64,000 nt of DNA. Source: Candidatus Acidiferrales bacterium (GTDB taxonomy: Bacteria > Acidobacteriota > Terriglobia > Acidiferrales > UBA7541). The stretch is from assembly GCA_963709705.1 (NCBI GenBank), contig CAVPXU010000013.1, positions 97,047 to 161,046 on the forward strand. The letters run 5' to 3'. A program made the translations under genes and the position numbers. Each line of letters begins with the position of its first letter. Positions within the stretch are counted from its first letter, which is position 1. The notes under the pieces were generated by a model. It had not been told where the DNA came from. It made no database searches and worked only from the letters and a program-made list of their open reading frames with translations. Shown here one piece after another: positions 8,934 through 17,107 of this stretch.

Positions 8934-10103
8934 TTAGCTGGCCTGAAGCTTTCTGTGGTCGATCTGTTTCAAATCAAAAACGCCGAGTCCCAGTTTTCCG
9001 GCGGCCGCAATGTGGCCGGGTTGCCGGTAAAACAGGTTCTTGCTCGCATCGGTATAAAATTCGTGGCTGTCCGCCGTGATGGATTTCGGATTGTGTTCCC
9101 AGACGGACGGTGCGCCTTCCTCCCGGCGTTTTTTCTCGATCGCTTCCAGTTCAATCGTGTCCATCGCCACCGGGTCTGTGCTCATCATCAACAAGCCTGT
9201 TTGCGCAATGAAATCCTGATTCTGTGTCAGCGGACCGCCGTGCCACACCATGCGCATCCCATCCATTATGTTCAGCACCACTTTCGATCGTAGCGGCTCT
9301 ACCGTACACATCACGCCGATCAGCGGATTCGTGAACGAGTACGGCTCCTTGTGCGACCGCGCGACATTGTTGAATGTCCCGTAAGCCACATTTTTCAGAC
9401 ACCCGGTCACTCCCGAAGCGGAATGATCCTTCAACGTCGGCACATTGATAATTTTGTCCAGCCGCGTCGCCACAATGCTCGCCATATATGAACGCGTCTC
9501 CCACTCTCCAAAAAAATTCATGTCGCAATATACGTTCGCGTCGTACCCCGAAGCGTCCAGCAAGCCATCCTGCACTCCGAAAATTTCAATTCCCGGAGGC
9601 ATCAGCGTCTGATAACTTCCCAGATCGATTTCGTAGCCGAAGCGGTCGTAAACCACGATGTTCCGCAGCGGCACTCCGGCCGACCGCACGCCTTCGATGA
9701 TTTCCCGCACCAGTTCCGGTGAAGAACAACAAGCCGGCGCGCCCGATGGATTGATCTTGATTCCCACCACGTCCTTTGGTTCGACGAATTTCGCGAACGC
9801 CGCCGTAGTGGAATTCTCGCCGGTCAGTTCCTTTAACCCGCGTTCCAGCATCTCGTGCACCACCGGCTGAGAGACGCGGTTTCCCGCAATCGCGTGCGCG
9901 TCGGCCACTTCCACCACTCGCCCCGGGTACAATCCCGGCATTCCCAACGCCGATTTTTTCGCCAAAGGCGCTTCGTGCACATCGATCGGCGGCGCTTGCG
10001 GCATTACAACCTGTTCCGTCCCCAGCACCGGCACTCCCGCCAGCATCAGTCCCGCGCTTCCTGCACAAGTTCTCTTTACGAAGGTCCTTCGATCCATTCC
10101 CAT
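8934..10103 (-). CDS. DUF362 domain protein with Tat signal
   Basis: MDRRTFVK twin-arginine motif, VVGIKINP, IINVPTLKDHSASGVTGCLKN and DPVAMD motifs. Confidence 0.85.
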   Translation of the reverse strand: MGMDRRTFVKRTCAGSAGLMLAGVPVLGTEQVVMPQAPPIDVHEAPLAKKSALGMPGLYPGRVVEVADAHAIAGNRVSQPVVHEMLERGLKELTGENSTTAAFAKFVEPKDVVGIKINPSGAPACCSSPELVREIIEGVRSAGVPLRNIVVYDRFGYEIDLGSYQTLMPPGIEIFGVQDGLLDASGYDANVYCDMNFFGEWETRSYMASIVATRLDKIINVPTLKDHSASGVTGCLKNVAYGTFNNVARSHKEPYSFTNPLIGVMCTVEPLRSKVVLNIMDGMRMVWHGGPLTQNQDFIAQTGLLMMSTDPVAMDTIELEAIEKKRREEGAPSVWEHNPKSITADSHEFYTDASKNLFYRQPGHIAAAGKLGLGVFDLKQIDHRKLQAS

Positions 10104-10386
10104 GTCGGCCCGAACCTCTTTCCCTCGCAAAAACAAATTCACCGCGCAATTTGAAGTTCCAGCTTACTCTTATTTCCCTTTTACTACGAGAGGATGACAA
10201 TCTCTCCCGGACTGAGTAGACTCTCATTGATTCGTTTCAATAGGGGAATATTCGCGCATGCCATTTTCCTCCACTCGACGGCTTGCCGTTCGATCGCGCG
10301 ATTTTTCATTTTCTATTTTTCCGCTTTCTAATACTTCCCTCTCTTCGAAACGAACGAAGTTCTGCTTCTGATAGAAAGGATCCCGA

Positions 10387-11739
10387 ATGAACCGTTTTGC
10401 CAAAACAATTCTTCTCCTTAGCCCCATCATGGTTCTCCTCTTCGTTCCGGCCGGTCATGCCCAATCGCCTCGCTACGACCTTCTTCTCAAGGGCGGCCAC
10501 GTCATCGATCCCGCAAATAACATTGATACTGTGATGGACGTTGCCGTATCCGGCGGAAAAATCGCTGCCGTCGCAAAAGATATTCCCGCCTCCGAAGCTG
10601 GAAAAGTTGTCGACGTCTCCGGCCTGTACGTCACTCCCGGGCTCATCGACATTCACGTGCATATCACCTATGGCGGCGCGCCTCTCAATTGGTTTGATCC
10701 CGAATCGCGCTCCCACACGGAGCCCTACGCAATTCCCGCCGATCTCGTCCTTACTTCCGGAGTCACCACCATCGTCGACGCAGGCACTGCGGGCGCCGAA
10801 TCTTTCCTTCAGGAAAAAGAAAGCGTGATGGACCACGCAAGAGTCCGCGTCCTCGCCTTTCTCAACATCGTTGCCAATGGTATGAGCGGTGGGCTCGAAC
10901 AAACCGTGGACGAGATGGACGTCAATCGCTGCGCGGAAACCATCAAGAAGTACCCCGACCTCATCGTCGGCGTGAAGACCGCTCACTACTGGCCGGACAG
11001 GCCCTGGGATGGCGAGCACACTCCTTGGGCCGCCGTCGACCGCGCCATCGCCTGCGGTGAAGCCACAAATCGTCCGGTCATGTTCGATTTCTGGCCGCGT
11101 CCGGATCGCACCTACGCCGATCTCATTCTTCAAAAAGCGCGTCCCGGCGATATCCATACGCACGTGTTCGCCCAGCAATTTCCTATTATCCTTCCCGACG
11201 GTAAGCTCAACCCCATACTGCTGGAAGCGCGCAAGCGTGGCGTGATTTTCGACGTCGGCCACGGCGCCGGCAGTTTCTGGTTCCGCAACGCAGTTCCCGC
11301 CGTCAAACAGGGATTCCTTCCCGATTCCATTTCCACCGATTTGCACATCGAAAATTTCACGATTCTCAGTTATGACAACGTTCTCTCCAAATTTGCCTCG
11401 ATGGGCGTGCCCCTGAATGAACTCATCAAGCGCGCCACCGTGAATCCCGCCAACGAAATTCACCACCCCGAACTCGGCACTCTTTCCGTCGGCAAGGATG
11501 CCGATATCGCTGTTCTCCAGGAACTCCACGGCAAATTTGGCTTCATCGATTGTGGCTGGGCTCGCATGGATGGAGACACCACCATCACCGCGCGCATGAC
11601 CGTCCGCGCCGGGCGCATCGTCTACGATCCTTCCGGCCTCAGCATGGTCGAATGGGAAAAAGCACGCCAACAATATTTCACGTCGCCCGTTCTAGGCTCC
11701 GATAAGCCCTCAATGGCCGACGATTTTCCGCGCCACTGA
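10387..11739 (+). CDS. Amidohydrolase/deacetylase-family metallohydrolase (dihydroorotase-like, EF_0837 type) with signal peptide
   Basis: LLLKGGHVIDP, PGLIDIHVH, TTIVDAGTAG, VGVK, IHTH, FDVGHG, ISTDLH and LGTLSVGKDADI motifs. Confidence 0.88.
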   Translation: MNRFAKTILLLSPIMVLLFVPAGHAQSPRYDLLLKGGHVIDPANNIDTVMDVAVSGGKIAAVAKDIPASEAGKVVDVSGLYVTPGLIDIHVHITYGGAPLNWFDPESRSHTEPYAIPADLVLTSGVTTIVDAGTAGAESFLQEKESVMDHARVRVLAFLNIVANGMSGGLEQTVDEMDVNRCAETIKKYPDLIVGVKTAHYWPDRPWDGEHTPWAAVDRAIACGEATNRPVMFDFWPRPDRTYADLILQKARPGDIHTHVFAQQFPIILPDGKLNPILLEARKRGVIFDVGHGAGSFWFRNAVPAVKQGFLPDSISTDLHIENFTILSYDNVLSKFASMGVPLNELIKRATVNPANEIHHPELGTLSVGKDADIAVLQELHGKFGFIDCGWARMDGDTTITARMTVRAGRIVYDPSGLSMVEWEKARQQYFTSPVLGSDKPSMADDFPRH

Positions 11740-11812
11740 AGGCTCGATATCTATGTCGCGGGCCGTTCGCACGACCCGAATTTCGAAACGTTCGCATCAC
11801 CAGGAGGCTCGC

Positions 11813-13087
11813 ATGTCCGAAAAACTAACTCGTCGCAAAATGCTGAGCAAAAGCACCCAAGCCGCCATCGCCGCCTCCGTAGGCGCGTGCGTCGGCCCCG
11901 CTCTCCGCGCCGCCGAAGCTTCGCCAATACACGCTTCCGCCAAAGGTGTCGACTATTACGAAAAACTCGGCGTCTCTACCTTCATCAACGCCGCCGGCAC
12001 ATACACCGTCTTCACTGCCTCCACCATGCCCGATGAAGTCCAGGCCGCCATCGCGATAGCTTCAAAACGCCCGGTCCATCTTCTCGAGCTCCAGGATGCC
12101 GCCGGCGACTACCTAGCCAAACGCCTCAAATGCGGCGGCGCGTTAGTCACCTCCGGTGCCGCCGGAGCGCTCACGCTCGGAACCGCTGCGTGCATCACTC
12201 TCGGCAATAAACCCGCCATCGAAAGCATTCCGACGGACATGGCAGGCCTTAAAAACGAAGTGATCGTGCAGAAGGCGCATCGTTACGATTACGATCACGC
12301 CCTCCGCAACTGCGGAATCCGCTATGTCGAAGTCGAAACCATGGACGGCTACGAAAAGGCGTTCACCGATAAAACGGTCATGACCCATTTCTTCAACGCT
12401 GCCGAAGGCGGGAAAATTTCTCGTGAAGACTGGATCCGCGTCGCCCACAAACACGGCGTCCCGTGCTTTAACGACGCCGCCGCCGACGTCCCGCCCACTT
12501 CCAATCTCTGGAATTACACGCAAATGGGTTTCGACCTCGTCACCTTTTCTGGCGGCAAAGGCCTGCGCGGCCCGCAATGTACTGGCCTGCTCCTCGGTCG
12601 CAAGGATCTGATCGATGCGGCGAAGCAGAACAACTCTCCGTACTCCAACACCGTCGGCCGCGGCATGAAAGTCGCCAAGGAAGAAATCGTCGGCCTGGTC
12701 GCTGCTGTCGACTGGTTCCTCAGCCAGGATGACGCCAAGCTCGAAGCCGAATTCCAAAAACGCGCCGACCTTATCGCCGCAAAAGTGAAAACGCTTCCCA
12801 CCGTCAAGGCGCAAACCTTTATTCCCGAAATCGCCAATCACGTCCCGCATCTCCTGATCACCTACGATCAGAACCGCATCAAAATTTCCGCCACCGAAGT
12901 TCTGCAGAAAATGCGCTCGGGAAATCCTCGCATCGAACTCAATCCAGGCACCGGGGGCGCCCCCGCCAGCGCTGGGCTTCCCGGGGGCCCCAACACCATA
13001 ATCGTCGGCGTCTGGATGCTCCAACCCGGTGAAGACGCCATCGTAGCCGACCGCCTCCACGAGGTCCTCAAAGCGGCCCTCACCTAA
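11813..13087 (+). CDS. SelA-like/DgaE-family PLP-dependent enzyme with Tat-like signal
   Basis: CAGGAGG RBS before ATG 11813, TRRKML N-terminus, INAAGTYT, DAAA, FSGGKGLRGPQ (PLP lysine) and GRGMKVAKEEIVG motifs. Confidence 0.85.
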   Translation: MSEKLTRRKMLSKSTQAAIAASVGACVGPALRAAEASPIHASAKGVDYYEKLGVSTFINAAGTYTVFTASTMPDEVQAAIAIASKRPVHLLELQDAAGDYLAKRLKCGGALVTSGAAGALTLGTAACITLGNKPAIESIPTDMAGLKNEVIVQKAHRYDYDHALRNCGIRYVEVETMDGYEKAFTDKTVMTHFFNAAEGGKISREDWIRVAHKHGVPCFNDAAADVPPTSNLWNYTQMGFDLVTFSGGKGLRGPQCTGLLLGRKDLIDAAKQNNSPYSNTVGRGMKVAKEEIVGLVAAVDWFLSQDDAKLEAEFQKRADLIAAKVKTLPTVKAQTFIPEIANHVPHLLITYDQNRIKISATEVLQKMRSGNPRIELNPGTGGAPASAGLPGGPNTIIVGVWMLQPGEDAIVADRLHEVLKAALT

Positions 13088-13094
13088 TCTCTTC

Positions 13095-13120
13095 GTGGGG
13101 GTCCAGCACGGCTGGACCCT
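13095..13120 (+). repeat. REP-like element or terminator hairpin
   Basis: GTGG followed by a perfect 9-bp stem GGGTCCAGC-ACG-GCTGGACCC (13099-13119), just after the SelA-like stop. Confidence 0.5.
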
Positions 13121-13233
13121 AAGTCCGCAGGATCCCCAAATCCAAAATTCCCACGGCCCTAAACAATTCCTCCGATAGAACCGCTAGCCTCCCCTGTCAT
13201 ATCCTGTAAATGAAAACATTCAGGAGCACCACC

Positions 13234-13682
13234 ATGGACAATCTCCTCCACCAAAATCCTTCTTCAAGAATCCCTACATCTATTCCGCGCTAATCCTTCT
13301 CGGCGTCGCCGCCTACGTCGGCTTTATCCTCATCTCGCGTCACGAATCAAATCGCGCCTACGAACGCCGCAAAGCCGAGCAAGCCGCGGAGCAGCGCCGT
13401 GAAGAAGATCGCGCCGTCATCGAACAACTCGGCGGTTCCGATCTCGCCATTCGCGCGCTGTACGTTTCTCCTGCTGTGATCCATCGCGGTGAATTCGCGC
13501 AGATTTGCTACGACGTCGCCAACGCGAAAACCGTCACCCTTGATCCTCCGGTCGGCGAAGTTTGGCCCTCGCATAATCGCTGTCTCGACATTTCCCCCCA
13601 AAAGACAACCACGTACACGCTCACAATCGCCGACGCCGCGGGAAAATCCGCTTCCCAAAGCGTCGAACTCGCCGTCCGCTAG
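13234..13682 (+). pseudogene. Membrane-anchored protein with C-terminal Ig/PKD-like beta domain, frameshifted near the start (or sequencing error)
   Basis: CAGGAG RBS and ATG 13234 run into TAA at 13291. The adjacent frame encodes PPPKSFFKNPYIYSALILLGVAAYVGFILI (TM helix), a coiled stretch and ...TTTYTLTIADAAGKSASQSVELAVR, ending at TAG 13682. Confidence 0.65.
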
Positions 13683-13839
13683 CAATTAACGTACTGAAAA
13701 CACAGGCCTTATCAAATTCTTTGCGCCTTCCAATGCCTCCCTCTTGTCCGTCCATTTCTCTCCACCTTATAATGGTGGCCTGGCGGAGTTCGGCGTGGCC
13801 GAACTCCGCATCATTTTTCTCCGAACACGTGGCGAACGA

Positions 13840-14319
13840 ATGACTGACCCTCTTGCAAAAATCAAGCATAAGCTCCAACAGGAAATCGATTCTCTCGAGC
13901 ATGAGCTCAATGTCGAGCTTCCCAAGGAAATCGCCGTCGCTCGCGCGCACGGTGACCTCTCCGAAAACGCGGAGTACAAATACGCTAAAGAACGCCAGGG
14001 CTACGTGAACGCCAAAATCGGCAATCTCAAGAAGCGCATGGGCGATCTTGGCATGCTCAATCTCAGTAACATTCCGAAAGACCGTTCCGGCTACGGCTCC
14101 CGCATACTTGTACTTGACCTGCAGCGCAACATTGAGGTCGAATACAAGCTCGTCAGCAGCGAAGAAGCCGACGTCGAAAAGGGTCTTATCTCCACCACTT
14201 CTCCCATCGGTCGCGCGCTTCTGAATCGTCAGGTTGGCGATGAAGTGCAAGTTGCCACCCCCGCTGGCAAGAAAGAATTCGAAGTCGTTCGCCTCGTCAC
14301 CATTCACGACGAAGCTTGA
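13840..14319 (+). CDS. greA: Transcription elongation factor GreA
   Basis: EIAVARAHGDLSENAEYKYAKERQ and GLISTTSPIGRALL motifs. Start at ATG 13840. Confidence 0.93.
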   Translation: MTDPLAKIKHKLQQEIDSLEHELNVELPKEIAVARAHGDLSENAEYKYAKERQGYVNAKIGNLKKRMGDLGMLNLSNIPKDRSGYGSRILVLDLQRNIEVEYKLVSSEEADVEKGLISTTSPIGRALLNRQVGDEVQVATPAGKKEFEVVRLVTIHDEA

Positions 14320-14348
14320 CGCCTTCCGCCCAGCCGCGGTGAGGTCTT

Positions 14349-14672
14349 ATGTTTTATTGGGGTTCCGGTTCTGCTCTCGGTGTTCTTACTTGTCTCGGCT
14401 ATGCCATTTTTGTAATTGGCGCTTCCACGTTGTGGCGTCATCGCGCAGAGTTCACCTTCTGGGTCGATGACGAGATCACCACGCTGCGCCGCAATTTCTC
14501 GCGCTACATTCCAGCCGGTCCGTTTTACGAACGCCGCGGCGAGTCGCGTCTCCGTGTCATTCCCGCCGGCTTCGTCCATTCCGTATCCCAACTCCCCCGC
14601 CGTCGCTTTTCCTGGGGCGCGTTCCTCCTGTTCTTCGGCCTCTTCCTCTTCGTCCTCGACTTCTTCGTCTAA
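14349..14672 (+). CDS. Small two-TM hypothetical membrane protein
   Basis: 107-aa ORF with N- and C-terminal hydrophobic helices and GAGG before the ATG. Fills the gap between greA and the asparaginase gene. Confidence 0.6.
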   Translation: MFYWGSGSALGVLTCLGYAIFVIGASTLWRHRAEFTFWVDDEITTLRRNFSRYIPAGPFYERRGESRLRVIPAGFVHSVSQLPRRRFSWGAFLLFFGLFLFVLDFFV

Positions 14673-14693
14673 CCCACTATGAATAAGTAGAGT

Positions 14694-14735
14694 CCGTCAT
14701 TCTGAACGGAGTCCGCGGAGTGAGGATTCCCTCTT
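14694..14735 (+). repeat. REP-like intergenic element (GTCATTCTGA...GGATTCCC type)
   Basis: CCGTCATTCTGAACGGAGTCCGCGGAGTGAGGATTCCCTCTT resembles, from recall, a widespread GTCATyCTGAGCG...GAATC short intergenic repeat family. A partial similar end (AGGGATTCTTCG) lies at 22321-22332. Confidence 0.35.
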
Positions 14736-14798
14736 CGATCGCGGCCCTACCTCCGACCCTCTCTCGTCTCAATTTCAAATTCTGCTATCCTCCTAAAA

Positions 14799-15695
14799 AT
14801 GCGACCTTCTCTCATCGTCCACGGCGGTGCCTGGGACATCCCCGACGACCTCATCGAAGCCTGCAATGCCGGCTGCCTTCGCGCGCTTCACGCCGGCTAC
14901 GCCATACTCACCAATGGCGGCCACGCTCTCGACGCCATCGAAGCCGCCATCACTGTGCTCGAAGACGACCCGGTTTTCGACGCTGGCTATGGCTCGCATC
15001 TCAATCTCGATGGCTACGTCGAATGCGACGCCATCGTCATGAACGCCTCCACACTGCGCGCCGGTTCCGTCGCCGGTCTTCGTCGCATCAAGAATCCCAT
15101 TCAGGCCGCGCGCGCCGTCCTCGAAAAATGTCCGCACATGATGCTCATCTCCCAGGGCGCGGAACAGTTTGCTTTCGATCAAGGCATTCGTCTCTGCGAT
15201 CCCGAAGAACTCATTTCCCCTGCCGAACGCGAAGCCTGGGCTCGCTGCCGCAAGAATTCCCACGCCGCCGATAATCATCGTGGCCACGAACAGGGAACCG
15301 TGGGCGCTGTCGCGCTCGACGACCATGGCCGGCTGTTCGCCGCCACTTCCACCGGCGGCACCTGCTGCAAACTTCCCGGCCGCGTCGGTGATTCACCGCT
15401 CATCGGCTGCGGCTGCTACGCCGATTCCGAAACCGGCGCCGTTTCCTCTACTGGTTATGGCGAAGCCATCATGAAAGTGGTTCTCGCCAAAACTGCCTGT
15501 GATTTTCTGCGCCCTGCCGGCTCCAATCCCACGCGCGCCGCGCAAGCTGCTGTCCAGCTCCTCGCCCGTCGCGGCAACGGCACCGGCGGACTCATCCTCC
15601 TCGATAAAGACGGCAACCCCGGCTATGCTTTCAACACTCCGCGCATGGCCTATGGCTTAGCCAACCCAGAAGCCGGCTTCATCACCGCCGTCTAA
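14799..15695 (+). CDS. iaaA: Isoaspartyl peptidase/L-asparaginase (Ntn-hydrolase)
   Basis: IVHGGAW, LEDDPVFDAGYG, catalytic GTVGAVA, AATSTGG, GRVGDSPLIGCG and STGYGE motifs. Confidence 0.92.
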   Translation: MRPSLIVHGGAWDIPDDLIEACNAGCLRALHAGYAILTNGGHALDAIEAAITVLEDDPVFDAGYGSHLNLDGYVECDAIVMNASTLRAGSVAGLRRIKNPIQAARAVLEKCPHMMLISQGAEQFAFDQGIRLCDPEELISPAEREAWARCRKNSHAADNHRGHEQGTVGAVALDDHGRLFAATSTGGTCCKLPGRVGDSPLIGCGCYADSETGAVSSTGYGEAIMKVVLAKTACDFLRPAGSNPTRAAQAAVQLLARRGNGTGGLILLDKDGNPGYAFNTPRMAYGLANPEAGFITAV

Positions 15696-15701
15696 TTTCC
15701 T

Positions 15702-16463
15702 TTACACGCGAGTGAGGATCGGCGGAAGATCCGGCAAATATTCCAGCACCGTTCGCCCAGGTACACCCGCCGTCAGCTTGCGCAGACAAAAATGAAATGG
15801 ACGCGGCGCTTCGCCTTTCGAGCAGGATTCCAACCGGTAGTAAATTCCTTGGTAGCGCAACACTCGCGGCGGATTCCAATCCTCTCTCGGACGGCAGGAC
15901 CGAATCTCCATCAATTCCTCCGGTCCATCCATGGATACGCAAATTTCATCCGCCACAACAGGAGTCCGCGTCAAAATCAGTTTGTCGCGGAGAGCATCCA
16001 CAAAAGACGCGGTATTGCTTCCAATTGCCCCCACGTCCCCGCGTCGGCGGAAAAGCAGAACGAGGCGGTCCAGCGCCCAAAGTGCGGAACACCCATTGAC
16101 GTTTCCCGCAAACGCAGCACCCAGGGTTCTGACAATCCCTTCCACACCGAACCAGGCGATAACCCACGTCAACGGATGCATCGCCATCAGAGTCAACGCG
16201 GCAAATCCCACTGTGTCTTCGCGAATAGCCGCTTCGGGATGCGCTTTAATCGTTGAATAAATGGCCTGCTGCGCCCAGCCTCCCACCGAATAGGAATACC
16301 AATAAATCAGCGCGATCAGTGCCAGGAGGGCTTCTATGGTTCCGCTGAGAATAGTCGCCGGAATCCACGCCACGTGCTGTTGACCAGGGTCGATAGCTTC
16401 GCGCCACCGCCGTGGCAACAAAGCCAGAGCGGGCCCCAAAACGTAAGTCCATACCTCAAACAT
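15702..16463 (-). CDS. Hypothetical membrane protein
   Basis: 253-aa ORF with two or three N-terminal hydrophobic segments and a soluble C-terminal domain. No family recognised. Confidence 0.65.
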   Translation of the reverse strand: MFEVWTYVLGPALALLPRRWREAIDPGQQHVAWIPATILSGTIEALLALIALIYWYSYSVGGWAQQAIYSTIKAHPEAAIREDTVGFAALTLMAMHPLTWVIAWFGVEGIVRTLGAAFAGNVNGCSALWALDRLVLLFRRRGDVGAIGSNTASFVDALRDKLILTRTPVVADEICVSMDGPEELMEIRSCRPREDWNPPRVLRYQGIYYRLESCSKGEAPRPFHFCLRKLTAGVPGRTVLEYLPDLPPILTRV

Positions 16464-16746
16464 ATTTGCGGCTTCCCGCCCAGATTCTACTGCGAAACAC
16501 TCGCTGCACCACCGGTTCTACACCGTTCAAAAGCCTCGGCTGGAACGGTGGGCAGGCTGCCTACATTGTGCCCCATGAGTAACCCCTGCACTGTTTAAGC
16601 ATACCGTGACAAGAATTTGTCACGAAAAAACTGGCGCAAGCACGTGTGTTTCTGGGACTCTATATCCACTATTTATATTTCTTAACGTGACCTATCCGGA
16701 TCGTTTTCCTGGGGCGGTAACAATCCTATGTACGACCGAGCGCATC

Positions 16747-17079
16747 TTGAAACACCAGGTTCTTCATTCCAGAAGGCATCACGAGCGAGTCGAAACGCCT
16801 CAGGGCGTGTCGGTTTTCTGGCGGTGCGGCCGCATGGAAGACACATCGCGGGTTAAGGATGTGAGTGTGGGCGGCCTTTTTATCGAAACGCTGAAGGTTT
16901 GCCCGGTCGACGCCACGATCAAACTTCATTTTCTTGTCGAGGACGGAGAAATTACAGCCGATGCCACCGTCCGGTACGTTAAGGCCGGCAGCGGATTAGG
17001 TCTGAAATTCAAGACTGTTCGCACCGAAGATCAAACACGTTTCGCAGCCATGATCAAAAGGCTGATCAAGCTGGCCTAA
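16747..17079 (+). CDS. PilZ domain protein
   Basis: RHHER (RxxxR) and DVSVGG (DxSxxG) c-di-GMP-binding motifs. Start uncertain (TTG 16747 preferred over the track's GTG 16606). Confidence 0.85.
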   Translation: MKHQVLHSRRHHERVETPQGVSVFWRCGRMEDTSRVKDVSVGGLFIETLKVCPVDATIKLHFLVEDGEITADATVRYVKAGSGLGLKFKTVRTEDQTRFAAMIKRLIKLA

Positions 17080-17107
17080 GCGCGCCTTCCGTCATAGCCA
17101 CAAGAGT

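Noticed and set aside
10306-11673. Long antisense ORFs (also 12143-13060, 19573-20562, 22569-23612, 38147-39715, 57475-58464 and others)
   Set aside because: They lie exactly opposite well-supported genes and have no recognisable motifs. They are the expected shadow ORFs of GC-rich coding DNA.
11813-13087. SelA-like gene as the selenocysteine synthase serving the nearby selenoprotein
   Set aside because: The PLP motif FSGGKGLRGPQ, the Tat-like leader and pairing with the amidohydrolase fit the DgaE/SelA-like family, not true SelA (SGDKLLGGPQ). No selB, selC or selD is in the window.
13240-13262. Programmed ribosomal frameshift
   Set aside because: No canonical slippery heptamer or downstream stimulatory structure was seen. 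A lesion or sequencing error is simpler.
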